From the NCBI GenBank assembly GCA_040220235.1, contig JAVJTO010000006.1: a stretch of 64,000 bases of DNA. The stretch is one strand, 5' to 3'. The notes beneath the pieces are model-generated. The model had not been told where the DNA came from, did not search any database, and saw only the letters and a program-made list of their open reading frames with translations. The stretch's first letter is position 1; every line of letters begins with the position of its first letter. The stretch comes from Coleofasciculus sp. B1-GNL1-01 (lineage in GTDB: Bacteria; Cyanobacteriota; Cyanobacteriia; Cyanobacteriales; Coleofasciculaceae). Positions 50,915 to 60,295 of this stretch are shown piece after piece. A program made the position numbers and the translations under genes.

Positions 50915-52495
50915 TCAAAACCGTTCTCCTACGCCCAAATGCACCTGAGAATCCCCCTGATCATTTAAGCCAAAATCCACCTGTACTGGACCAAAAGGCG
51001 ATCGCACTCTCACCCCAACCCCATAACCAAATCCACTCCCTGGCTTATCCCGCACCTCTCCCGGTTCCCCAGTAACAGTATCCCCTGAACCTAAATCTGT
51101 GGCATAATCCGCAAATATCCGACCCCCTAACCAAGTAAACACCGGAAACCGATATTCAGCCGTGGCTTGCAGGTAAGACCGACCTGCACCCACTTCCCCA
51201 CTCTGATAGCCGCGTACCGAACTCCCCCCGCCGAGGCTAAAGGCTTCATAAGCAGGTAAATCGCCAATCACGGTTCCTCCCTGAAGATTAAACACTAAGG
51301 TTTGATCGCCAGAGGTGAACCCAAATAACTCCACCGGAACATATTGGGTATAACTTCCACTCACCCGATTAAAAATAATATCGGCTTCACCCACAGGAAC
51401 CGACTGATCCATCCCGACTCTGACATTAGATCCTTGGCTGGGATAATCGGTATCATCGCGATTATCTTGCACCGCCGATAGATTCACCGTCAATAAATCA
51501 TCTTGACCGCGATCGCTTAAACTCAACGGATTGCCAAATTCATCCACAGGCTGCACCTGATCGGTAAACGCCTGATCCCGAATCGACACCCGCTGATAAG
51601 ATACTCCTACCCCAGCCTGCCAATTCCCTCCCAGAGGACGAAACACTTCCCCACTTCCCCCCAAACGATGCACCCACGGCGTTTCCCCATTCGGCAAATC
51701 CACCTCGCGATCGCCACCAATAAACACTTCCGATGGAGAACGCTGATTAAATACCGCCAAACTGTACCCTGTCCGCAACGGATCACCCGCAATCCACGGA
51801 TCAGTAAAACTCACCTCAAATCCTAGAGTATCTTCGCCCCCTTCCAGTTCTAGCGCCAAGTTCTGATTATTCCCGCCCAGATTCTCCTCCTCTAACCGCA
51901 ACACCCCATAAATCCCTTTTGCCCGACTTGCACTGGGAAAAGCGGTGACATTAAAGGATGAATCCTCAACCACATTCACAATCATGACAATTTGATTGGG
52001 TTGATTGGTCTGTTGGAGACTGAGGGTAGCATCCTCGACACTATCTAACTGCGTGACTCGTTCTAACCCCTGCTGGGCGACCTCTGGACGATAAACGTCT
52101 CCAGGTTGCAGATCAAATTCTCGCGTAATGATATAAGGACGAGTGTTTCCGGGAGTGGGTTGACCGTCTTCATCAACAAAGCGAACTTGGATATCCGCGA
52201 TCGCAACAGGTCTCCTGGAAGGAATAGGATTACGGTTTGGTGATTGAGGACGTTGAGGCACATCGGGGAGAGTCGTCTGCTTCTGGAAGGGTTGCGATCG
52301 CCTCTGGCGGTACGTGGGGTTTAATCGCGCTTCGATTGGCATCCCCTGATTATCCACAAACGAACCATACTCAACTGGCGAAACTACGTCTATTTCCTGT
52401 CCCCGACTCGATGCAGCCGCCAATAATTCTGCACCTACCCCAGCCAATACTAGGGGAAGAATAAACCACTTGCGCCACCGTTGGTAGAACCCCAT
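50915..52495 (-). CDS. Omp85/BamA/TamA-family outer membrane protein (single POTRA)
   Basis: G.TRPYIITRE POTRA, E.NLGGNNQ, FTDPWI, GG..SVRGY, C-terminal GERF. Confidence 0.9.
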   Translation of the reverse strand: MGFYQRWRKWFILPLVLAGVGAELLAAASSRGQEIDVVSPVEYGSFVDNQGMPIEARLNPTYRQRRSQPFQKQTTLPDVPQRPQSPNRNPIPSRRPVAIADIQVRFVDEDGQPTPGNTRPYIITREFDLQPGDVYRPEVAQQGLERVTQLDSVEDATLSLQQTNQPNQIVMIVNVVEDSSFNVTAFPSASRAKGIYGVLRLEEENLGGNNQNLALELEGGEDTLGFEVSFTDPWIAGDPLRTGYSLAVFNQRSPSEVFIGGDREVDLPNGETPWVHRLGGSGEVFRPLGGNWQAGVGVSYQRVSIRDQAFTDQVQPVDEFGNPLSLSDRGQDDLLTVNLSAVQDNRDDTDYPSQGSNVRVGMDQSVPVGEADIIFNRVSGSYTQYVPVELFGFTSGDQTLVFNLQGGTVIGDLPAYEAFSLGGGSSVRGYQSGEVGAGRSYLQATAEYRFPVFTWLGGRIFADYATDLGSGDTVTGEPGEVRDKPGSGFGYGVGVRVRSPFGPVQVDFGLNDQGDSQVHLGVGERF

Positions 52496-52623
52496 CAGCC
52501 ACCTTACCCGCTACGTGCCAGTTCCGCTTTTACAACCGATGTTATCAGTATATTTCCCATCAGGGAAGGTAGAGATATTCCGCCGGAATATCTCTACAAT
52601 AATGTTACGCTTTGTTGAAATTC

Positions 52624-52941
52624 CTAGAAATTCCCAAAACCCGGACAAAGCACATTCAAAAGTTCAGGCGGAATCTCCTCGTAATGTTCCAGCACAAAGT
52701 CCATAAAGGCGAGATGGCGCAAATCTCTGGGTTGAGGACGGCGGTAATTACGACCTCTTCTGAACCAACTATCAACAGTAGACATGGAACGGGAACAGAT
52801 AAAAGCCATCGTTTCATGATTTACCAGCCATTTCGCATAAAACTGTTGCGGCGTCATTCCCAGTTGACAGTAACCATAGAGGTCAATTAAAGCCTGTTCG
52901 CGTTCAGTGATAGGACGGGGTGTCATCGGCTTTCCTCCCAA
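52624..52941 (-). CDS. Helix-turn-helix domain protein
   Basis: MTPQQFYAKW.V..E.MA.IC.RS.STV..WF. Confidence 0.7.
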   Translation of the reverse strand: MGGKPMTPRPITEREQALIDLYGYCQLGMTPQQFYAKWLVNHETMAFICSRSMSTVDSWFRRGRNYRRPQPRDLRHLAFMDFVLEHYEEIPPELLNVLCPGFGNF

Positions 52942-53549
52942 GGTTCCAGGTCATCTTCCCAAGCCGTATCAGCTACCGTCCACCGGGAACTGGGGGAACA
53001 TTTGTCCAGCCAAATCAGATAACACCATGTCCAACCACAGTGATGAGACGCAAAGCCGTAGAATCTGCCGATCGCAGTTCCCCAGTCTGGAGATGTTGGC
53101 GGATTGGGGAGTTTCGGGTTGAGGCTGTCTGCGCGATCGCGAATCCATTGCAGCTTATCCCCATAGAGAAATCTCGGCGGTTTGACGTGAGGGAAGTCAG
53201 TGGGGAGTTCAACGACTGAGAAGCGCTTGTGACTAAAGCTGATGGGTAAGTCGCAGCCGCCATAACCCATGGCTTTGAGGTAGCCGGATACAATTTTGCC
53301 ATTGAGAGTCGCGGTTAACTCTCGGATCAGGATTGCGGCGAGGCTTTCCAGTTCCGATTGGCTTACATTCATCCCGACTGCATCAAACTCAGTGTTACAG
53401 AGGGTTTGCAGGCGAGAGAGGAGAGAGGCGATCGCAAAATCATCCAAGGCTTGCTGATAGCCCCTCTGGTCAGTGGATGGGCGAATTAAGTCGCGATCGC
53501 ACGTACTTTTTGAGAAATTTGGCATAGGATTGAAATTGCTCCTATTCAA
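52923..53549 (-). CDS. Hypothetical protein, overlapping the HTH gene
   Basis: 208 aa; C-terminal P.F..GD...W...DWG..IG.FY....W.W.Y.IWLD (SH3/KOW-like). Confidence 0.6.
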   Translation of the reverse strand: MNRSNFNPMPNFSKSTCDRDLIRPSTDQRGYQQALDDFAIASLLSRLQTLCNTEFDAVGMNVSQSELESLAAILIRELTATLNGKIVSGYLKAMGYGGCDLPISFSHKRFSVVELPTDFPHVKPPRFLYGDKLQWIRDRADSLNPKLPNPPTSPDWGTAIGRFYGFASHHCGWTWCYLIWLDKCSPSSRWTVADTAWEDDLEPWEESR

Positions 53550-53615
53550 TAGTGGGAGTCAGCGCCAGACCTATCGCTTTGGACGGCAGGAGGTCTGGCG
53601 TTTTTGTATAGTGCC

Positions 53616-53749
53616 TGCGCGTTTTCTAAACATTTGAAATACTTGAATTTAGTTAACGCGCATTTACTGTACATGACTATATTAGAACATGCGCGTTAAC
53701 TAATCAATAGGGAATGTTAGAATTTTTTTAGAATATGCGTATGAACTAA
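53616..53749. promoter_or_regulatory. Operator-like repeats in a divergent promoter
   Basis: Perfect 15-bp inverted repeat TTAGTTAACGCGCAT (53649-53663) / ATGCGCGTTAACTAA (53689-53703), plus variants at 53616-53629 and 53735-53749. Confidence 0.6.
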
Positions 53750-53757
53750 ACGATAAT

Positions 53758-53976
53758 ATGCCCAAAGGTAAAAAGCGTGTCAGGGGAGAACCCGTTGATC
53801 ACAATGAATTAAAGAAAAGTCTTAACTTGACAGTTACACCGACGGGGGCGCGTGGACTAGAAGAAATCGCCCAGGAATTGGGGCTAAAATCTAAAAGTGA
53901 GTTAGTGGATCAAATTGGGCGTAGGCGGCTAATCGTTTCTCCAAATCCAGTAATTGAGAAGGATACAGAGGAGTGA
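53758..53976 (+). CDS. Small ribbon-helix-helix (CopG-like) DNA-binding protein
   Basis: K...NLTVTPTG...LEEIAQELGL.SKSELVDQIGR. Confidence 0.7.
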   Translation: MPKGKKRVRGEPVDHNELKKSLNLTVTPTGARGLEEIAQELGLKSKSELVDQIGRRRLIVSPNPVIEKDTEE

Positions 53977-54167
53977 AATTAATCTCTTTTCGTGGTTTTC
54001 CTGTCTTCAGAAAAGATATAGATACAAAAAGACGAGCTGCTTTGGTAAAATAATAGGTTTGTCTGAAGCTTAGAATCAGAGACAGCAACGCCATTACCGC
54101 GAGGAGACCAGGTAAGTACGTGAATTTCAGATTAGGTTAGAACAGTGACATAATAGGTTTAATTTTA

Positions 54168-55448
54168 ATGATTAGTATCAACCAAGAGAAAAATGATAAA
54201 ATTCATGAATTATGCAATTTGCCAGAGGGCTGGCAATGGAAAAAATTATCGGAAATAGCTGATACAACAAGCGGAGGTACACCTAGAAGAAACCAATTAG
54301 AATACTTTCAAGGAAATATTAATTGGTTTAAATCAGGTGAATTACAAGATGCAGAAATATTTGAAAGCCAAGAAAAAATAACTTTGGGAGCTATAAAGGA
54401 TTCAAATGCCAAAGTTTTTCCAAGAGGTACTCTTTTGATAGCTATGTATGGTGCTACGGCTGGTAAGTTAGGAGTTTTAGGTGTAAAAGCTGCTACCAAT
54501 CAAGCCATTTGTGCTGTTTTCCCCAAAAAACAGTTTGGTTTACCATTGCTCAACAATTGGTTCTTGTTTTATTACTTTAAATCCATTCGGCAGCAACTGA
54601 TCAATCGTAGTTTTGGTGCAGTTCAGCCCAATATAAGCCAAAGATTAATTAAAGAGACTTATATACCAATTCCATTTCCTAAAGATATTGTTCTCTCTCT
54701 TGATATTCAGAATCGCATTGTAGCCCGCGTCGAATCCTTACTCGGTGAATTGAAAGGCGATCACCAGATTCTGGACAAAATGCATCGGGATACTAGCCGA
54801 TTTATTGACATGAAATTGGAGGAAATTTTTGAAATTTTGCAGTCAGCTAGACAACCACTGATGGATGTTATTGAATCACCTCCCAGAAACGGATGGTCGC
54901 CAAAATGTGATAATAACCCCAATGGAACTCCTGTACTTAAGCTGGGAGCAGTCTTAAAGTTTCAGTATAAGCCCGATGAATTTAAGCGAACAAGCCTACC
55001 CACTGATCCGAATGCACATTACTGGCTTAAACCAGGAGATGTTTTGATATCTCGAAGTAATACATTCGAACTTGTAGGTCATGCGGCTATTTATTCAGGA
55101 ACTCCTTTTCCCTGTATTTATCCAGATTTGATGATGCGGATTAGAGTGGATCAATCAAAAGCTGATAGCCGTTTTCTAGTTTATTGGCTTCAGAGTAAAG
55201 AAGTACGTCATTTTATTCAATCTCGTGCTTCTGGAGCCAGTCCGACAATGAAAAAAATTAACCAAGGTCATGTATGTAATATTCCATTTCCGGTAATTTC
55301 TTTAGATGAACAACGTCAATTAGCTCATTATTTAGACTCTATTCAATCTGAAGTTAACCAAATGTTGAAAACAATGCAACAAGATGCAAAACTACTTGAA
55401 CGATTAGAACAGGCAATTCTAGAGAAAGCATTTCAGGGGCAGCTATAG
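54168..55448 (+). CDS. hsdS: Type I R-M specificity subunit
   Basis: LPEGWQWKKL, GGTP, ATNQA, two TRDs, IPFP...EQ, ILEKAFQGQL. Confidence 0.93.
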   Translation: MISINQEKNDKIHELCNLPEGWQWKKLSEIADTTSGGTPRRNQLEYFQGNINWFKSGELQDAEIFESQEKITLGAIKDSNAKVFPRGTLLIAMYGATAGKLGVLGVKAATNQAICAVFPKKQFGLPLLNNWFLFYYFKSIRQQLINRSFGAVQPNISQRLIKETYIPIPFPKDIVLSLDIQNRIVARVESLLGELKGDHQILDKMHRDTSRFIDMKLEEIFEILQSARQPLMDVIESPPRNGWSPKCDNNPNGTPVLKLGAVLKFQYKPDEFKRTSLPTDPNAHYWLKPGDVLISRSNTFELVGHAAIYSGTPFPCIYPDLMMRIRVDQSKADSRFLVYWLQSKEVRHFIQSRASGASPTMKKINQGHVCNIPFPVISLDEQRQLAHYLDSIQSEVNQMLKTMQQDAKLLERLEQAILEKAFQGQL

Positions 55449-55451
55449 ATT

Positions 55452-57467
55452 ATGACGAGCGCCAGCGAAAAGCTTAATCAGGTTTGGTCGGAATTCCAAA
55501 AAGCTGGAATTACCGATGATTTAAGCGTCATTGAATATATTGCCAGATTTCTCTTAGAAGAAAGCAATTCAATTGTAGCTTCATCCAGCGACTCAAAAGC
55601 CCAGAGTCTTGTCCCCCATGATCCAGAAAAATTTCCATCAGAGAAAGCAATACCTAAAAGACCACCTAGTGACTTAAATATAGATATAGAAACTATCAAG
55701 CAGTATTTGCGTGAAGCAGCAGAACAAGCAGGAGACATCGCAACCCTATTTGACCGTTACGTTCTCTTTCGCTTACCTTCCATACTTCCAGGGGGACGCT
55801 ATCCGACTCCCAGGCACATAACTACTTTTCTACAGCGTATTGCCCAGGTTAAACCCAGTCATAGTATGGTAGATATTGCCTGTGGCAGTGGTGGTTTTTT
55901 AGTCGCTCAAGGGATAACTGTTACCTCCCCACTAAGAGTGGGCATTGATATTTCTCCTGAATGGAAACGACTCGCATGGGCTAATACCAGATTGCACGGC
56001 TTTGTCCCACGCTTGCTCAATGGAAACGCTCTTGATAGTAAGAATTTAGCAAAAGTTTTTACTGATAATAAGTTTGACCGCATTTTAATAAACCCGCCCT
56101 TCGGCGAAAAGATTGATAACAAGTTAGCAGAAAGCACCCTTGGGCAGAGGGTGGGTAGCCGAAGCGAAACAGCCCTGACTACACTAGCTCTCAAAAAACT
56201 ATCTGAGGGAGGAAAAGCAGCTATCTTAGTTCCTTCAGGTTTGCTATTTAGCAACAATACAGGTGAGAGAGAATTACGAAGGCAGCTAGTCGTTGACTAT
56301 AAACTTGAAGCGGTCATCTCCTTACCCAAAGACGCTTTACAACCCTACAGTCCGTTACAAACTCACCTGCTGCTTGTGAGTAAACCCGATAATTCCGCTC
56401 AACCCTCAAAAAATGCAGAGAATCCAATCTGGTTTTGGCAGCTTGAACAGGACGGCTACCCTAGTGGTCGAGGTCGTGACTTAACTCAAGACCCCAATGA
56501 ATCAGCAAGTGACTTACCCTTTGTCACCAGAGTTCTCACCAATCCGAATCCCCCTCTTTTATTTCCCCAACACAATCCTCGAATAGCCATCAGCAGAATA
56601 GCTGAAGGTACTTCGCTACTGGGCTTTGTTTGCCAAGCGACCTCGACAGAATTGACCTCGGTCACGTTTTATCCACAACCGAATGAAACCACCTCTGCAT
56701 TCCTGTTAACTGAGACTGCACCCCTAGGTGAACAGCGCATCTGCGATCGCATCCCTTTGGATGGTAGCGAACCCTCACAGGTTGAAAATCCACAGCAGCT
56801 AATTCAAGACCTATATAAACTTAAACAGAAAGACCCTGATCCGGGTAAACGCCTATTCTCTCAACCCGTAAAAGCAGCAGCAATCTCAGTTTTACCCGAA
56901 AGCCAAGCTGTAGGAAGCAATAGAGTCAGACTCCTCGGTGTAGCGGTGCAATGGGACACGATTCAAGCGCCAACCTACGATTTACGCCCAGAACGTTATG
57001 TTGAAAAGCAGGAGGAACCGCGTTCGACTGATTCTCCGGCTGAACTCCTTAGCCAAATTTACCAAAACCAGAGAAAGCTGTCTGGGCACATTGAGAGCCT
57101 ATTTGGTCGTCTGGAACTCCCTGCGATCGCCAATCAACAACTTCCTTCTCCCTTGGCAAATATAGCATCCCTGGGAATTCTCGAAAAACTGAATCCAGAA
57201 CAGAAGACCATTTGGGAGCGAATTCAGGCAAAAATAGAAAAAATTGATAGCCGTGATCAAGATAACCCACAAACCGCAGTACACTTTACCTTAGAGGAGT
57301 TGCTCCAAGAGGATGACAGCGAGATATCAGAAATGACTCGTTCAACTGTCGATCTCCTGGAACGCCTGGGAGTAATTGTACCAGTGACGATTACAACTCC
57401 TAGCACCGATGAGTCAATTCAGTGCTATCGTCGTGTTACAGAGCGAGACTTGTGGCAGTTCGACTGA
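55452..57467 (+). CDS. hsdM: Type I-like N6-adenine DNA methyltransferase
   Basis: G.Y.TPRHI, DIACGSGGFL, INPPFG, VPSGLLF, LEAVISLP. Confidence 0.88.
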   Translation: MTSASEKLNQVWSEFQKAGITDDLSVIEYIARFLLEESNSIVASSSDSKAQSLVPHDPEKFPSEKAIPKRPPSDLNIDIETIKQYLREAAEQAGDIATLFDRYVLFRLPSILPGGRYPTPRHITTFLQRIAQVKPSHSMVDIACGSGGFLVAQGITVTSPLRVGIDISPEWKRLAWANTRLHGFVPRLLNGNALDSKNLAKVFTDNKFDRILINPPFGEKIDNKLAESTLGQRVGSRSETALTTLALKKLSEGGKAAILVPSGLLFSNNTGERELRRQLVVDYKLEAVISLPKDALQPYSPLQTHLLLVSKPDNSAQPSKNAENPIWFWQLEQDGYPSGRGRDLTQDPNESASDLPFVTRVLTNPNPPLLFPQHNPRIAISRIAEGTSLLGFVCQATSTELTSVTFYPQPNETTSAFLLTETAPLGEQRICDRIPLDGSEPSQVENPQQLIQDLYKLKQKDPDPGKRLFSQPVKAAAISVLPESQAVGSNRVRLLGVAVQWDTIQAPTYDLRPERYVEKQEEPRSTDSPAELLSQIYQNQRKLSGHIESLFGRLELPAIANQQLPSPLANIASLGILEKLNPEQKTIWERIQAKIEKIDSRDQDNPQTAVHFTLEELLQEDDSEISEMTRSTVDLLERLGVIVPVTITTPSTDESIQCYRRVTERDLWQFD

Positions 57468-57496
57468 AGCGAATCAGAATTAGAGGGGGAGAGTAT

Positions 57497-59032
57497 ATGA
57501 AATTGAAACGACTCTACCTAGGAGATTATCGGGTCTTACGTGACCTAGAGATTCGCTTTTGTCCACCGACTGAACGCCGCCTAACTTTTACTCGCAACTA
57601 TAGCCTTGACTTTCTCGTTGGTGTCAACGGCACAGGCAAATCAACGGTGCTGAAGATATTATGGAACTTAATGCAGCAATTAGAGGGAAATCCTTACATT
57701 GAATATCCCTTTGAACTGGAATATGAACTGGGAACGGATAACCAAAAGCGCACGATTAAAATTTCTAATCGCCACGAAGATCCGGAAACCGAAGAAATGA
57801 TTTTCACCCCAGTTCCCTCAGCTTTGGAAAATAACCAACCTATTGCGATAAGTCGTGATATCTTACCGGAACTCGTCGTTGCCTTTACAACAGGTAGCGA
57901 AGGAGAATGGGATTTGGGTGGAGACCAAAAAAGTTTTGACAGTGGCAATTTAGCTGAATTACAAGACTTGTCTCAACTCGAACGAGCAATTCGAGAGTTA
58001 CCCGGAAAGCGAACCAACTTGGAAATCACGGAGGGACGAAATACAAGCGAAGGTAGTCGCTGTTTGTTTATCAAAAACCATCAGCTTCCTTTACTCACCC
58101 TTTGTAGTCTATTAGTCGATTTAGCAGAAAATTCTGATCAGTCAGGTTTAAAGGACGTTTTTCAAGAAGTATATATAAAACCCATATCCGGCTTTTCCCT
58201 GAAATTCCGGAAAACTCATGATCCCGCTTATTTAGGTGACTGGGATGATGTCAAGAGTTTAGCCCGGATAGCATCTTTGTGTCTGCATCAAGGAAATGAT
58301 TACTTATTGGTGTTTGACTTAACTAGCACTGGGCATTCCATTGCTAAAGAGATTTTTAACAGCTTCTCTAGTGGTTTGGAGTTGTTCAAAAAACTCTCCT
58401 TACTCGCTAATGTGGATGAAAATGGACAATCCGTCTTGAGAGAAGTCAACATCTTTTTAGAACGGACAAATTCCCCGCATCCCGAAACCCATCTAGACGT
58501 TCCCCCCTTACACCTGTTTGAGTGGCTCAGTGACGGGGAACGTAGTTTTTTAGGTCGGATGAGTCTATTTACTTTGTTAGGTACTACCGAAGCTTTGATT
58601 ATTCTAGATGAACCAGAAGTTCACTTTAATGATTTCTGGAAACGCCAAATTGTGCAACTCTTAGACGCTAAGCTCAAAGATCGCCATAGCCATGTTTTAA
58701 TTACGACTCACTCCAGTATCACATTAACTGATGTTCCCAAAGAAGATATTGTCGTCTTAGATCGGAATGGCAACTACACTCAGAGTTCATTTAATCCAAC
58801 ATTGCGAACCTTCGGAGCTGATCCTAGCGATATCATGGTGCATGTGTTTGGTGCGCCACATCCTGCTGGAGCATCCAGTGTGCACCGTATTGAGCAAGAG
58901 TTAGAAAACTCATTAAATCGAAGTCCCCATGAACGACGAGAGGTACTCGAAGAATTGCTGAATAATGTCGTTGCTCAAGGATATTGGAGCTATCTAATTC
59001 GTCGCGAATTGCAAACAATGGAAAAGGAATGA
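57497..59032 (+). CDS. Restriction-system-associated ABC/AAA ATPase (PtuA-like)
   Basis: GVNGTGKS, LSDGE signature, ILDEPEVHFND.W, TTHS. Confidence 0.87.
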   Translation: MKLKRLYLGDYRVLRDLEIRFCPPTERRLTFTRNYSLDFLVGVNGTGKSTVLKILWNLMQQLEGNPYIEYPFELEYELGTDNQKRTIKISNRHEDPETEEMIFTPVPSALENNQPIAISRDILPELVVAFTTGSEGEWDLGGDQKSFDSGNLAELQDLSQLERAIRELPGKRTNLEITEGRNTSEGSRCLFIKNHQLPLLTLCSLLVDLAENSDQSGLKDVFQEVYIKPISGFSLKFRKTHDPAYLGDWDDVKSLARIASLCLHQGNDYLLVFDLTSTGHSIAKEIFNSFSSGLELFKKLSLLANVDENGQSVLREVNIFLERTNSPHPETHLDVPPLHLFEWLSDGERSFLGRMSLFTLLGTTEALIILDEPEVHFNDFWKRQIVQLLDAKLKDRHSHVLITTHSSITLTDVPKEDIVVLDRNGNYTQSSFNPTLRTFGADPSDIMVHVFGAPHPAGASSVHRIEQELENSLNRSPHERREVLEELLNNVVAQGYWSYLIRRELQTMEKE

Positions 59033-60261
59033 TTTATCAAGTAGAGTTACCTGAACTCACGCTTAAGCGACTGACGGATGTAGTTTACCTACAAATGCGT
59101 TTACTAAGATACGCTGCTTCTACGGAGACTCTAAGTCGGCAAACCTGTGAGCGTTACCTGAAAGGATATAAAAGGTTTCGAGGACGACATAAACAAATTG
59201 CTGATTGGCTTTGGCGAGGTCCAAAAAGGCGCAAACTTTTAGAGAATTTTTCTCAAGGTTCACGTCCAGAAAAACTTGAATGGAGCAGATGTTTGTTTCG
59301 AGAAGCGCTGGCATTTCTGACTAACCCAGTCGGTTATATGACACCATATAGAAAAAAAGCCGCCCCAGATTGGCAGCAAGCAGGCGCTGAGTTTCTTTGC
59401 CTGTTCTATGAATATCTGGGTAAAGAATTACCTGATTACTTTTTTTCAGAAAGAGGAGCAACCCAATTTAATAAAAATAACCTTAAATCTAATTTTTTTA
59501 AGACTAATAATCAACTTGAAGTTTGCCCTGCTTGTGACTTTTCAGCTACTCGTAGTCAAGTTGATCACTATCTTCCCATTAGCCTCTATCCCCACCTTTC
59601 TTGTCATCCTTTTAACTTAATTCCTATCTGTAGTGAGTGTAATTCGTTAATGGTTAAGGGAAATCATGACGTACTTCAGAAAAACTCAAAAAATCGACGT
59701 AAATTAGAAGATATATTTTTGATATACAAAAATTGTGGACTTGGAGACTTAACTTATTTAAAGCTTGAACTAGAAAAAGGCTATAGGTCTATAAGCTTGA
59801 TGGAATTTAAGCCGCGTAAAGGAGAAAATCTCCGTGACTGTATCGACGCATACTGTAATGCCTACCAAATTCCAGATAGATGGTTGGAAATAGTGAAAAC
59901 AATTGAAAACCAGCTTTTCAGTCAAATTAAACAATTTATGAAAGCAGCCAAAGGACAAAGAGAATCACTTAACATTTTTGACGTAGACCGTGGACTTACA
60001 GAACTGCTACAAAGCTTGTGTGAAAACCAAGGTAAAATACCCTTTGCATTTCCCATGTCTTGGTGGCTTGCCACTTTAATTGAGAGAGAATTAAAACCAG
60101 CTATCAGTAGTTCTCAGCAGATAGAGGTCAAAAATTTTCCCTTACTTGAGGAAATAGCTGATTGGATACGCCAGGATAACATACAACACCCGGCTTACAT
60201 TAAAGAACCACACCTTGAGCAAGCCCGAAATTTAAGGACAATAGTAGCAGAAGAAGGGTAG
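59029..60261 (+). CDS. HNH endonuclease with long N-terminal extension
   Basis: CPACD....VDHYLP...YPHLS....NLIPIC.ECN...K; ATGA overlap with the ATPase stop. Confidence 0.85.
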   Translation: MIYQVELPELTLKRLTDVVYLQMRLLRYAASTETLSRQTCERYLKGYKRFRGRHKQIADWLWRGPKRRKLLENFSQGSRPEKLEWSRCLFREALAFLTNPVGYMTPYRKKAAPDWQQAGAEFLCLFYEYLGKELPDYFFSERGATQFNKNNLKSNFFKTNNQLEVCPACDFSATRSQVDHYLPISLYPHLSCHPFNLIPICSECNSLMVKGNHDVLQKNSKNRRKLEDIFLIYKNCGLGDLTYLKLELEKGYRSISLMEFKPRKGENLRDCIDAYCNAYQIPDRWLEIVKTIENQLFSQIKQFMKAAKGQRESLNIFDVDRGLTELLQSLCENQGKIPFAFPMSWWLATLIERELKPAISSSQQIEVKNFPLLEEIADWIRQDNIQHPAYIKEPHLEQARNLRTIVAEEG

Positions 60262-60295
60262 ATTTGTATTCTTTATAACCCACCCGACAAGCAAT

